Shown here piece after piece: positions 51,101 through 64,000 of a stretch of 64,000 nt of DNA. The notes below the pieces were generated by a model, which searched no databases, was not told the origin of the DNA, and saw only the letters and a list, made by a program, of their open reading frames with translations. The translations under genes were made by a program, and so were the position numbers. This DNA is from Pelomyxa schiedti. Lineage: Eukaryota > Protista > Evosea. The stretch spans positions 1 to 64,000 of the forward strand of contig JAHLWZ010000866.1 in the NCBI GenBank assembly GCA_020536535.1. The letters run 5' to 3'. How positions within the stretch are numbered: position 1 is the stretch's first letter; each line of letters begins with the position of its first letter.

Positions 51101-51330
51101 CTGAAGAAGAGCAAAGCTACGAGATACCACAAGAACCAGTGATGAAACAAGAGAGAATTACATACATCAGCAAAGGTGATAGATGGAGTTTTAAAGTTCA
51201 GAGTCAAATGGGAAGGATTGTCTATCAAAAATTCAACTTGGATGACAAAGGAAGAAGTCGATGCTAAGGTAATGGAAGTATATGAGAAGAAAGAGGTATA
51301 CAAGAAGGCAAAACAAGCCTGGTGGGTAAC
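48131..51330 (+). mobile_element. Degenerate Ty3/Gypsy LTR retrotransposon remnant (gag, RT, integrase; frameshifts and deletions)
   Basis: gag MIQGANESIEGYTRR; RT VDYKRLNAVTKKMVYQMPRFDDMLD, LDLKAGYWQV, FGLVNAPATFQ, YIDD at 50339-50350; integrase LVCDRDPAF...TAYH; RT-then-INT order. No LTRs or RNase H recognised. Confidence 0.88.
48894..49400 (-). mobile_element. Opposite-orientation gag fragment with zinc-knuckle remnant, nested in the Gypsy element
   Basis: Minus-strand IQRRG...TEYISR and GPCFNC; it interrupts the + strand gag-pol. Confidence 0.5.
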
Positions 51331-51332
51331 GG

Positions 51333-52230
51333 CCTAAACACACAACCATAATGAAGAGCATGCCCAACACAAAACCGACCTAATAAAGTTGTTTGGCACA
51401 GCCATCAAGGCTGCCAACATAATAGAGTTAGTACATACAGTAAGAGCGGTAATTACGTCCAATCAATCAATTGCTATTGGGCAATTTGTTCAACAATAAG
51501 ATGTCGATCCACCTGTAGTTGATGCCTGGACAATCTCAGTAATAGCCAACAAGTCCATTGAAATGGAACTACCTGGATATAACCTAAAGCACGTTGTTGG
51601 CAATGTCGGGAATCTTCAATTTGGGGAAGGTCATGAATGTGTTATAGTACAGAAGGCGGAAGTTACCGGTAGCACTGGTGCGGGTAATAAAAAGGAATTA
51701 GGGCGGAAATGGAGAAACTTACACACAAAGTTAGTAAAGACTCAGGGGTAATGGGATGCACCAGAATTCTCTGTACAAAGTTAGTTTCATATCTGAGGAG
51801 AAAAGAGCAGATGCTAGACACAGTTCAAAGGAGAATATCCAGTGCATGAACGGTTTTGCTGACTCCTTGGGCACGGAGTACTCTTGCAAAATGTATTCTG
51901 GGGATGTACATCGGTCATGCACTAAATTGGAAAAGACTGCACACCCTTGCACAACTGCTGAAATGGTGCGAGTTCGATGTTATACCGTAATAGCACAACC
52001 TTTCACGCACTCAAGGATGAAGGACATAATGAGAGTGCACAGCACAAGTATAATGTCCAACAACACAACTACAAACACAAACACCCGCACTAGAAGCGGC
52101 AAACCGGGAACACCCCCAAACAGTATTTTTGCAATCTGCCCAACACCACAGGTGACGGTAGAAGCGAAGGAAACAAACCACAAATTGGCCAAACTGGACT
52201 GTGTGCCCCAATACAGGGCTCCCACCTGCC
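51333..52230 (-). pseudogene. Hypothetical membrane-protein gene or fragment
   Basis: Hydrophobic frames (LVRVFVFVVVLLDIILVLCTLIMSFIL) joinable by a GT-AG intron. Later frames contain stops and no family is recognised. Confidence 0.25.
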
Positions 52231-52390
52231 AAACTGGGGCCAGTTTGACTTAAGTGTGTGCACCATCACTCGTGAGGATACACCGCTCACAATGTATCTT
52301 ATCGCAATCACGTGCTTAACAACAAACCGAGCCTTTTTTTGAAGTATCTCGGCGCAACCGTGGCGATCGCTGGCCTAGATAATTTCGGAG

Positions 52391-52584
52391 ATGTCGGCGA
52401 CAGGTACGTCTTGGGAGAGTGGCCCTGAGTCTCTTGTTGGGTCCCTGAACGAGGTTGTGAGACTGTGGAACGAATTGAACGGCCACGCGGGGGCGGCCAA
52501 CGGCGCGTCGGCGTATTGCGCCACCCACGAGAACTCCGCTGGTACCCTTTGTGCTCACTCTTTCTCGATGTCTATGGAATTATG

Positions 52585-52620
<36 letters not shown>

Positions 52621-53517
52621 CCTTCTCGAACACAACAACGACATCAAGAGGCGCAGACTGCACTAAAGAAGGCTTTTCACGACACTGTGATGGCTGCTTT
52701 TCAGGAGAGAAAGTGTGTCTCCCAATCGAGATTGAGAAAGGAAGAAACCCACCAACTGTGACACAAGAGCCATAGAGCACAGTTTAGAAATGTTGAGGCA
52801 AGCCCAAGCGAAGCAAACTGGAGACCCTAGTGCCTCCAGCACCAGCTCAAGCGTACCTCCAAAGCCCAAACCTGCTAAACGTGGTCCAATAAGAAAGAAG
52901 TCCAAAGGTGAAATGTATGTACAAATGAATTCCCTCTCGGTATCGGCTCTAAATTGTGATATAGAGACCCCTCACGGTTGATTCCGCCTGATCAACAAGT
53001 GGCAGCTTATGACCAATCTGACAGGGCTTGGATCCTCTGCTCTGTGAAGAGATGGATACCTTCAAAACACCAGTCAGTCAATTACATCTTCGAATTTTTT
53101 TATCCCCTTTCCTTCTTATGTGCTTGGTCAGGTATGAAGTACTGGACGCCGATTTTGATAAGCATGATCCGGACTCCAAACCGAAGACACTTCTGGTTGA
53201 CCCTGATGATGTCATTGAGCTTCCTGAAGCATCACCTGACTATGTAGACTTCCCAATACACACGGAGGTGTTTGCTGTGTTCCCAGCAACAACTACTTTT
53301 TACAGAGCCATAGTACACGACACCCCTCTACGAGTCAAGGTAATCCTCAATTGAATAGATAGCTAAATTAAGAGCACCGCAACTAATGACTTTCAAGAAA
53401 AACAGCCGAAAACTCTGGCACTATTCACTCACGTTTGAAAATGACAATGATGAAGGCCACACTCCGCAACGTGAAGTTCACGTGAAATATGTTATACTCC
53501 CACCCAAAAACCGCTGA
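52391..53517 (+). CDS. SGF29: SAGA-associated factor 29 (tandem Tudor)
   Basis: QVAA...WILCSV...YEVLDAD; FPIHTEVFAVFPATTTFYRAIV; YSLTFEND...V..KYVI. Confidence 0.9.
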
Positions 53518-53748
53518 TTCCAACAACACTCCGTTCCCACAATGGGCTCGCCAGGACCACTCTCCAATCACCCTTTCCCCCCGACCACTGGGGCAGCACT
53601 TCCCTGCCTCTCCCTCTTTCCTTTGACAACTTTCACTTGATATGCCCAAGAAGCAAGCAATTGTACGCAACACGAAAGATCAAAAAAAATAAAACTGAGA
53701 AAATTTCTTCCTTCGTTAACAAAGAAAGGCAAAATAAACAATAAGGAG

Positions 53749-56700
53749 ATGAGCGGCACGGGAGCAACGTCATCGGCCGGAGGAGCGGTGGTATGGGATC
53801 TGGAGCAACAATTTGACAACGAACTGGGATCTATTTTATCACATAGACCACCGGTGGCCGCGGCAAAAGTGCGCGCCATTACGAAACTCGCTTTGAAGTC
53901 CACCAAAGTACCTTTTTCTTTTTTTTTTCCCCTTTTTTTTTGTTTTGTTTCGTTCCGTAGACTCACTGTAGCTTTTTTTTTAAAAAAAAAGTACTATAAG
54001 CATGTTGTACATAGAGTAGAGCGCTTTATTCCAAAGACTCCCATCGAACACAGGATATCTATGTTGTACGTAATGGACTCCATTTGTCGGTAGGAAAGAG
54101 CATGCCTGTTTCGTTTGACTTACCTTACCTAGTAATTCTCTTATGAAGTATGATGATAAAGACCTGTATGTTGGCCGCTTCAGCATTAACATCCGTACCA
54201 CTCTTGCGACAATCTGCCAGTGTCCGCAACGAGATTTGGTAGGTGCAGCTAACATTCGGAGATAGTTTCTTATAAGTTGCAGGAGTCCGTCAAGAAGGTT
54301 TTGGGAATATGGAAGAAGGGCAGCACATTTCCGGCAGAAATATTGTCTGACCTTGAAACCCTTTTAGAGAAGAAGAAATCAGAGTTTTCCCCTCCACTGA
54401 ACACTGGCTCTACTAATACGAGCATTACTTCCATTTCCACCCCAAGCACCCCTCCTTTTTCTGCATCCATTACTGTCCCACCTCCTAATTCGAACTCGCC
54501 TCCAAAGCAATCCCAGCCCCAGTGGTCACCACCTCAGAATTCTAGCACTGTGAATCCTTACCCAAGCCCCCCAATGCAAGTGCAACCGCAAACCCAATAT
54601 CCCATCAACACTTCCACTCCAGCAACACCCCCCTTTACTCCTCAAACCGTGCAACCTTACAAGAAAAGCACCGACCCGAGACTTCGCAATTCCACTATCC
54701 AAGGACCACCCCCCACACAGCTACAGCCATACATGCAAGATCAGCCCAAGTCTCAAGGTCTAACAGATTTCCAACAGAATCCATCACAATTACCACAACC
54801 CCAGTTTCCACAGGATCAACAATTCCAATCAGACCAACTGCGGCAAGACTGGCCAAATGTGTGGAATGGACAAGGACAGCCACAACAGACTCTTCCATAC
54901 CCACAAACAGATACACAGCAAGTCCAACAACCACAGCAACAAACGCAACTCCAAGACCAACAAGTCCCATCACAACCACCTATTCCCCAAATTCCCCAAC
55001 TCCCACCAGTACCCCAAGAGCAACTACAAGCAACAGTGCCACAATTTCCATACCAAGTTAATCCAGCACAACCTCAGACTCCCCAACCACCTTTTACTGG
55101 GCAGGCTCCATACCCTTGGCTCCCGCCACAATACCCACAGCCTGGTTACAATCCGTATTATCCTATGGGACCTCAGGGAGGTGTACCCCCTCCATACCCA
55201 GGCCAATACCCACCAGTCCCGCAATCAGTACAACCCCCTAATATTCCCACTACTACACCCACTCCAACTCCTGCAGCAGCAGATACCAAACCTGCAACAA
55301 CTGAAAAACTGAAAGTTGATACCTTTGATTTTGACTACAGTGATGATGAAGATGAGGATGTTGATGACGAGGTTTACTGAAAACCATTATTTGTTGTCTT
55401 ACCTTTGCCTAGGAAAGAATGAGAAGGCTAGAAAAGAGGGTAAAGGAAGAAGAACGGATAGCTAACAACGCAACAAAGCCGTCAGCTACTCCAGCCCCCC
55501 AGCCAACACCACAACAAACTCCTCCACAGCAAATACCTGCACAACAAACAGCAACACCAGCAGCACCAGTACCAGTACCAGCACCAACAAATAGTTTTCC
55601 TCCCCCACCAGGGATGCCCACATATCCTTTCCAGTATGATTCTGCCTCCCAAACAAGTTTGACTTATTCTTCACAGGGGCCAATGGCCACAATATTATCC
55701 TGGTGCGTCTGGGCAGCCTGCATACCCATATTACTCTGGTGAGAGTGTTCCTGGGAACCAGCCGTCTTATCAGAGTCCTGCTCAACAACCCCCAGCTCAA
55801 CCACCGTGGGCTTCCACGGAAGCGAGCACAGCCATTACATCTGGTAATGTTCCCCCTGGTTACATGAGAGGTAAAACTTTTGTTATATTCTTTCAATCAG
55901 ATTTATTTGCTTCAGTAAAAAGTACCATACTTTGGGTTGGAAACGTGCCGCCTGGTGTAACGAAACAGCAACTTCACGACTTGTTTTCACGGTTTGGAAA
56001 AATCGTTGGTCCTGTTAAGGTTGTTAGTGTTGGGTTATGACAATTCCGATACTAACGGTGACCCAGTTGATGGAAGACAAGAAAATGTCATTTATATCCT
56101 TTGAAACTAGAGAGCAAGCTGAAAAGGCCAAAATGGAAATGCACCTATTCCCAATCGAACAGAACGTTAAAATCAAGGTACAATCCACCACTGTGATATT
56201 GTGTTTGTTACTCCCTCTTTTCTCCTGCTCCTCCCTTCCTCCCCCTTCCGCTCCTCTTGCTCCTTCGATTCTCGCATTCTCTTTTTCATGTATGTTGGCC
56301 TTTCTTTGTTACTGCCGCTCATTACTCTGCGTCATGTTTCGGAATCACCCACAAACACAAATACCTTTCAACGGCCAACAACAAACCACCCACTCCTCAT
56401 TTGTTGTTGGGGAACATTCCCCTGTGATTGGTAAGAGAGCTTTTTTTTTAACATTGATTTTTCCTCCTCCCCTCTTGTTTGTTTTGTTCCTTCCTCTCCT
56501 ACACACAGGTGGGCTGGGGCAGGGGTTCAGTCATCAAAGAGAACTTTGACTGGGCCACTGGAGTGTCCATAGTCCCACTGGGCTCAAATATCCCTGGATT
56601 CGTGCCTGTTGAGGGGAATGCCGATATGTCTATGATGCCATCGCAGCCGCCGCCGCAAATGCCAATGCAAATGCAACAGCAACAAGTTCAGCCTCAAGGG

Positions 56701-57858
56701 AGCAATGCACCAAATCAAATCCCGAACATGACTTCAAACATGAGTTCGAACCCTAGTCAATCAACACTCTCTGGTCCTAATTCCCTTCTCCCACTTCCAA
56801 GTAGTACTACCTCCAATCCCCGTGGTTCTATGACCCCAAGCAACCAGGGCTATAACTATGGGAACCCACCACGCCCTACCCTTTCCCTTCAATCACAAGC
56901 ACACCAAGTCACAAGTCCCACAGAAACCTCTGATACCGCCGCCGCCATTCTCTATGCTCAAAATCAGAGAACCTCCCAACAGACACCACCTTACTCTCAA
57001 AAACTCTCACAAGTTCCAAAAAGATTATCAGAATCTCCTCAAAGGCAACAGTCCCCACAGAAAAAGCCTGGAGGAATTATGGACAAAACCCTACTACAAC
57101 AACAGCAACAAGCACAACAACATTTGCTGCAGGTGCAGACTGGGTGGTCCTTTGGGTCACTCGGCAGGAAAACCCTGTCATCAACATCATCCACAAGTCG
57201 CAAGAGCAAGAGCAGGAGCAGGAGTAGAGGCCGTGGGCGGAGCAGGAGCAGAAGCAGGAGTAACAGTCCTAACAGGCGAACAAAGAACACCAGGAATTCC
57301 AGCAGGAGCAGAAGTGACAGCAGGACAAGAGCAACTGGAAAGAGAAAGCTCAGTAGAAGCAGGAGCAGAAGTAGAAGCTGGAGTAGAGGAAGGAAAACAC
57401 CAACAAAATCCAGTGACCCCAGACTCTACAAACCAAACACCTCCACATCCACTTTCACACCCACATCCACCACCCCCAGCAGTAGCGCCCTCAACAGCAC
57501 CATCAGCAACGCCAGCACCAACACCAGTAACACAAGTGGAAACCGGGGCAGAGGCAGGAGCCGAAGCAGAAGCACCAGCAGAGGAGGACCAGGAAAGGGA
57601 AGAAGCAAAAGCCCGAGTAACAGCTGGAGCCCCCCAGGAGACACAAAGTCGAGCCAAAGCCCAAGGAGGGGATCAGGCCCACTACAACAACAACAACCAA
57701 TTGGGATTGGGGGCTTCCCAGGTTCTGCAGTGAACGGCAGTGGCACTGGTACTAGTAGCCAACAGCAGCCAGCACCCCCATCATCAAAAAGGACCAAGTA
57801 TAGCCCGCCAGCACAGCAACCACCAATGCCACAAAAGAACCCAAATTCCGAACCCTGA
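53749..57858 (+). CDS. SCAF4/SCAF8 (Nrd1/Seb1-like) CID + RRM + RS-rich protein
   Basis: CID FDNELGSILSHRPPV...ITKLALK..YYKHVVHRVERFI...LYVMDSICR; P/Q-rich linker; DFDYSDDE; RRM STILWVGNVP...IKVGWGRG; RS tail. Confidence 0.88.
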
Positions 57859-58113
57859 ACTTCCCACCCCAAACCCAATTGATGCACCAAATTCGAAGTG
57901 AAGTCAATTGGCACCACCAATACACAAACACAAAACTACACACCCACTGGAAAACGTGGAATGTAAAGTACCGCGAGATTAAAATGACTTAGTAAATAAA
58001 ACCAAAAAAACCCCTGCTTTCTTGTATTTATTTTCACTTTTCCACTTCGTCGTTTGCTGTGGTCAGATCCTGGCTGTCTTTGTTTGGATAATCTAACAAT
58101 GAAGGAGGGGTAG

Positions 58114-59921
58114 GTGGTGCGACTGCACGGAGTTGTTGGTTGTGGTGTTTGCTGTAATTACGGCGTTGGTACCGGTGCGAGTTGCGTAAGAACACGTGAC
58201 CATTTTTCACTAACACTCGTCAGGTCGCCTGTTGGATCTGGAAAGCTGTTGTGCTTCCCTAGTGCAGCTGACGCCAGGGCCTTTTTTAGGCTTCTTTTTA
58301 CTTGTTTTGCTTGGTGGGGTGTTCAGATGGTAACTATTTGTTGTTTTTTTTTTTACTTCTTTCCTTTTGTTTTTCATTGGGCACCTGTTTAAAGCATTGC
58401 TTTACTTTAGGTTTGGGCTATGGAATACAGTCACACTACCCCCTTCCTCACTGATCACTTGGATACTTCATTTACTATTGGTGTTCTGGTATGCCTATTT
58501 ATTTGAGAGAAAATACCTAACAGTCTCAGGCGTGGTGTGCTGGGCCAATCACGGGGCTTATTGTACGACCTTTTCCAAACTAGCGTTTACAGTGTGTTTA
58601 AGCACTTCTTAGGTTCAACCTGTTGTTGGTGCTCTCTCGGACAAATTCCAAACTCGCAAACCTTTTGTGGCAATTGGAGCTGTCCTAACTTGTTGTGCTT
58701 CTATGACCTTTTCTACATCAGGTATAACTTCTCCTATACCCCGAGATTTGATGTAAAGGTTAGATTTAATCTCTGGTGGTATTAACAACGGTGCTATCGC
58801 AATAGCTCTAATATCATTTCTTGTAATGGACTTGTCCATTAATGCTACAATGGTACAAGTCTTCCTGATTTTACATTCTCAAATTTTGGCAGGTCAGTCT
58901 GCGTCTGCTTACTTCAGATATGGTTTCCAGTTCTGGAGATGTTACTCAGCAAGCTACAGCACAAACAATAGCATCCATTTTTCAAGCCACAGGGCAAATT
59001 TCCGGAATGCTGATAAACGGTGTTTTCCCTAATCCACTTGAGCAACTCTGGGTTCCCTATGCTATTGCTAGTGGATCATTACTTGTTTCATGTGGAGTGT
59101 GCATGATGGCGGCAAAGGAAACAGACAAGGAAGATAGCCCACAAGAGCCGCATCAACCCCACCAAAATTGTACTACATCTTTGGTCAATTTTGCACGATG
59201 GCTGAAATTGATGGGCCAAGAGCTGGCTGCACCACCTTGGATGATGGGACGCGTTCTTGCTGTGCAAATATTCACATGGCTGTCCTGGTTTTGTTCCTTG
59301 ATTGTGCTGACTTCATGGTTCTCAGAAGTGTTCTTTGAAGGCGATGGCGATGAAGGCGACAACGCAGGAAGTATGGCATTTCTTGCACAAGCCGTAGTTC
59401 AACTTGGTGCCTCTCTTCTACTTAGCGCTTTGATGCGCTGGGAACAAGGCAGGCAAGAAAAGAAACCTCCACAACCAGAAAGTACTTGCCAACTAAGCTT
59501 GACACATATCGGCTGGTGTATAACACTTCTTCCTCTTCCTGTATGCTGCGGTCTGATGTTTGGGCTCAGTGCCGCAGAAAAACTCCCTGTGTGGGGGGCG
59601 CAATTACTGTGGGGCTTCACTGGGATTGCAACCGCTGGGACCAACATATTCCCGTTTGCAGTTGTAGGACAACTCTACCCTAGCAAAAACAAAGGGTTCA
59701 TGATGGGATTCCTCAACTTGGCCATTGTTATTCCACAGCTCATTGACACACTTTACATTGGCTCAGTTCAGGAAGGATTCAGCATAAATGCATGCATATT
59801 CCTTACAGCCATGTGGGGTCTCTTAGCTGTACTGATGTGCACCCTAGTAAGGGTGCCTCAGAAGACCCAACAGTCTGATGTGGAGACTCCCCAGACAAAC
59901 CTGTTGCCTTCTGGACACTGA
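58114..59921 (+). CDS. SLC45/SUT-like sugar:H+ symporter (GPH/MFS); 5' end unresolved
   Basis: GPITGLI|VQPVVGALSD...RKPF; MDLSINA; QIFTWLSWF; GFMMGFLNLAIVIPQLI. Confidence 0.85.
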
Positions 59922-60215
59922 ATTATATTCCCAAGCTTGGTGTAATACCCCACTTAACACTTTTGTGTAACTAATAGCACAACAACGTTTTTCCTCATTT
60001 GGAACGTCAAAGCCAGGCCACGCAAAAAAACACACCCGGCATCTCTTTGTTCGACATCAAGTGCATTTGTTGAAAGCATCAAAACTTCCATGTCCCGAAA
60101 TGGGAATTTCGCCTCGCAACCATAAATCAACACCTCAACGACGTTTTTTCAAAACAAAAACGAACCAAAATTAAAGAGGCTGTTTTACACACAGGGTGGT
60201 GCCACGACGAGTGCC

Positions 60216-63200
60216 ATGACGACCACAATGAAGAAACTACTGAGGCTTAGTGGCACTTCGTCGTCTCCCTCCATTTCGACCACTGTTGTAACAACCCCAA
60301 ACGCCACCAGCAGCTTCGCCGCGCCACCCACAATGAGCACCAGCCCCAATCCCAGCGGCTCCATATCGCCCGTCACCCCCAACAAGCCCCGGTCCGCGCT
60401 GACCTCGCCGCGGCGCGTGAGCACCAGCGGGCCCGTGTTCCTCACGCCGCCCACGACGCCGATCGCGACGACGCCGCCGCCGCAGTGGCCGATGCCGCCG
60501 ATGGGCATCGCGATCCCGACGCGGTCGTCGTCCGTGCAGCAGTCGTCGTGGACCCACGCGACGCCGACGTCGCAGTCGCTCAGCTCCTCGCACAGCGTCA
60601 GTCCCATGATCGCGATCCCGGCCGTCGGCGCGGTCTCGGCGTCCTCGTCGGGCGCCACGACGCCAAAGGCGCCGGCGCACTCCAACTCGACCTCGCCGTC
60701 GCCGTGCTCGTCGCTCTCGGCGTCGCCCAACTTGGTCGCCAACGCCTTCACGTTCACCAGGGTGACGCCGTCCCACAAGTCGCACTCCACCAACGCGCTC
60801 TTAAGCAGCTCGGTGCCGCAGAATCCTCCGGGCTGCTTGCCTGGTTTCGAGTACAGGGCGGCGATTCAGCAGCAATTCGCCGACGAGAACACTAATAACA
60901 ATAACAAGGGATTCCTATCTGGAACCAGCACCCCGCCTTGGACTGAGAACGGGGAGGATGATGGGCTTGAGGAGGAAGAAATGACGCCCTACATTGTGAT
61001 GGGGAGCGGCGGTAGCAATGGCGGCGGCACTGTGGCTGACGCGGAGTATGATGGGATTGTGATTGGAGGCGCTGGCCTCGATGGAAGCACTGTTCACCAC
61101 GATTCCAGCCCGAATACACCTCTGCGCAACTCCAGAGGGAGCAGGCACATGCTAATTAACTACCGCCAGCGGCAATCAACTGAACTGAATGGGTGGCAGG
61201 AGTCACCTGATATTTGCAGCACTTCCCCGAGGCCACCTAGTACTTCTCCTAGACCTCCTTACTCGCCAATTCACACACTTCGCGATTCCGCCTCTAGTGA
61301 GAGCAATTCAGATGCAGCTGACACTCCAAAATCAACTGTAACTTACATGATGGCTCAAAGGCTGTCCCCTCAAATTCCTCATGTAGTGCAACCCATATCT
61401 CGCCTGAATCTTCCTCCACCTCCATATCATCCAGCACCAGCACCAGACGCTTCAAATACCCCACGTATGAACGCAGCCTTCGACACTACCCCGCGAGCCA
61501 GCTCAGCCCTAGACAGTTCCACCACTCCACGAGCAAACTCCACCTGGGACTCGGGGACACCACGAATATGGGATTCAGGCACCCCACGAATATGGGACTC
61601 TGGAACACCCCGTGCAAACCTTGAATCTTCAAATACTCCACGAATAAATACGAGCCCAGATTGTGTAAACACTCCCCGCACAAACTCATCTCCAGAGTCT
61701 GCCACCACTCCGCGCATCTACGCGAACTCCAGTGTAAGTTCCTCTAACTCCGGTTATGCTCCGGTACCTCTCTCAAGTGCACACAAAACCTCTTCCCGTG
61801 AACGTCTGCTGTATTCTTCACACAAGAACGCAACCATGCGTAATCTGGCCGAGTATCTGACTGTTATTAACACTAGTCTTTTAACTCTAAAAAGTACCAA
61901 CAACTCAAACTAATTCAAGTCTAACCAACTACAAAAGTTATATCAGGAAGAAATATTAGGGGCACCAAGGGCAAGCCAGCATCAGCCTTTTGCGTGGTGA
62001 GACCGGTTGAGCCTGCAAATGATTTACCCCCAAAAGCCAAGAAAAAGATATACAAAACAGAGTGCTCAATGAAAGACCTCAACCCTGTTTGGTACGGATG
62101 TTCCCCTCAATAATAATATAGAGATCAAATAACTCCCTAAACGAACTAACTTTCCAAAGGGAACAAGAATTCGAAATGTATGATGTAAGGTTCCCTTGAA
62201 GTAAACCTCACTCCACAAATTAGAGAATTCTCCAATAGTGTCTCCTCAATAATTATCCAAGTCTTTGACCACCACAAGCTTCAAAAAGATGATGTTATTG
62301 GTGAAATTGAGATTCGAGTAGCTGAATTTTTTGATTTCAGGTTTTTTTTTTCATCCCGGGAGGCATGAATATAACCTTATGATACAGCACACATACCCTG
62401 CCACTCAGAATTGACTCTTCAACTAAGGCTTCTGGTGAGTTGGAAATCTCGTGTAAAGTTGTAACTGCATTGGAGCGCAATGAAGACGTGAGGATCACAA
62501 AGCTACATTACGACAAACTCCATTCTGTATGTGTACTCCTTTTGTATATGTGACTCACTCCTCCCAAGTTAATAATAACTGAAGATGCAAGTTTACTTCT
62601 CCTTCTTTGCGCTGCATTGGAAAATAAGTGTGATGAGAGCTTTGCAATTTCAGTGGTTCGACTTTTCAATAGAGATGGACTTGCTCAGTCATTAGTTACA
62701 AACTTGCTCTGCCGAGAAGTTACTAGAATTCTAAAAAGTAATTTTCCTTCGTTTATTCGGCCCTTAAATTGATCAGCTGGCTCGACTGTTGTACTTCGGG
62801 CCGATACCATTGCAACCAAATTATGCACTCAATATGCTAAACTAATTGGGTATCACTACCTCACTTGCGTGCTGAAGCCACAGGTAGAGGTACTGCTCCA
62901 AAGCAATTCTCAACTCTATGAAATGGATCCTGACAAGACCAGGTGAGTCCCAATCAACCTCCATGAATTAGTCTTATAACTCCCTAAAATAGCCCAAGTG
63001 ACCTATCCACCAATGCATCCGAACTTGTTAGCGTCTCTACAAGACTCGTTGAGGCTATTATGTCACCAAGTAACTTTTTGCCAAGGTTTCTTCCTTCTTT
63101 TGATGCTTAGAGTCTCATAAATGTTAGGAGCTTGCACCAAGTTATACATAGTATGAACCAGTTTGCCGTCACCATAGGTCATCCAGAGTTCTCAACTGCA

Positions 63201-64000
63201 ATCTCTGTGGCAATTTTCTTCCTGAGGTACATATGCCCAGCGGGTAAGCCTTTATCTTTATTTCGTTTTGCAAGCCCTTAATCCTCCTGTAGTTATGTTT
63301 CCGGAGCAGTGGGACATAGCATCAGGTTAGAATACAACAGGAACCTCCGCGCTTAACTTGTACATAGGGGAGGTTACAACAGAAACTAGACGGGCTCTTG
63401 TAATGGTTACTAAGATAATCCAAAGTTTGGCAAACCCCTCCAAGCAACAGTATGTATCATAATCCATACTATACCATTTCAAGATACTGGAAACCATTAA
63501 CAGTAACACTATTGAAGGGAAGTTGCCCATGAGCCGACAATGGAACTAATCCTACCAAAAATACAACCACTTAGAGAACCAATGGAACAATTCTTGCAGA
63601 GGCTTAAGGTAGTTTCCTTCTCACAGTGTTTGTAGTTAGAATGTTTTATGGTTTTTTTTTTGTATTAAAAGAGATTGCCTAGGAAAGTCCAACTAATGGA
63701 TTGCCTGATGCCTCGCATTCCATCCTCCTGGATGAGGATTATCCAATTCTTATGTCTGTATTGGTGTGTCACCCCCCGAAATCATATTTTCCTGATAGGG
63801 CAAAAAAGATTAGAAAATTTGCGGAAAAAATAGTAGCAATGGAGAAGGTCTTAAATGCACAGCAGTTGGATTCAGCAACCGCTTCTGCAAAGCTTGTGGT
63901 GTGTTTGTTTTTTTCTCCCTGTTATCGTTCCTTTCTGTGTTACTTACTCCTAACCACAGAGAGATTTCCAAGATCTCAAGGCTATTATCACCCAGCACCA
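60216..64000 (+). CDS. RasGAP with C2 domain and long S/T/P-rich N-terminus (runs off the window end)
   Basis: C2 QPFCVV...KDLNPVW|EQEF...IQVFDH...DDVIG; GAP VLRADTIATKL, YEMDP, FFLRYICPA, RALVMVTKIIQSLAN. Confidence 0.88.
61452..61720 (+). repeat. Coding tandem repeat: nine x-x-T-P-R units, including three 24-nt WDSGTPR(I/A) copies at 61545-61616
   Basis: Directly visible; the copies differ mainly at synonymous positions. Confidence 0.9.

Noticed and set aside
51400-51760. DIRS-type tyrosine recombinase hints (PITPESLL, GRNYRS)
   Set aside because: Catalytic R-H-R-Y motifs are not recoverable; the region fits a hydrophobic gene remnant equally well.
58099-58113. ATG AAG GAG GGG TAG in frame with downstream sequence, suggesting stop readthrough or a variant code
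   Set aside because: This TAG follows a CTAAC branch-like motif and is more likely a splice acceptor; TAG, TAA and TGA all terminate other genes here.

Overview
Gene-dense, intron-rich eukaryotic DNA in the standard code, with mostly 35-60 nt introns, which is why the six-frame ORFs are fragmented. The gene content (Shk-type kinase-SH2, TRAF zinc fingers, an ankyrin-like paralog pair) suggests an amoebozoan, possibly an archamoeba such as Pelomyxa; this is inference only. Manual splicing gives about 21 protein genes: TRM9, RING-TPR-CaaX, a full-architecture Dicer, two ankyrin-like paralogs, MCM8, Shk kinase, XDH, a DHHC enzyme, Kelch-F-box-Rac, a probable 2H phosphoesterase, NUP155, LRR-Ras, a USP7-derived MATH-UBL-RING-TRAF chimera, NudC, F-box-Rab7-like, TGS1, SGF29, SCAF4/8-like, an SLC45/SUT transporter and C2-RasGAP. 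There is also a decayed Ty3/Gypsy element. Most notable: (1) a USP7 scaffold that has lost its deubiquitinase domain and gained a RING/TRAF module; (2) three small-GTPase fusions (Rac, Rab7, Ras), two behind F-boxes; (3) an unannotated ~237-nt highly structured intergenic RNA candidate at 11000-11236; (4) ankyrin paralogs that share an identical intron but have patchwise hypervariable exons. All gene models were spliced by eye and families assigned from recalled motifs; no database searches were run.
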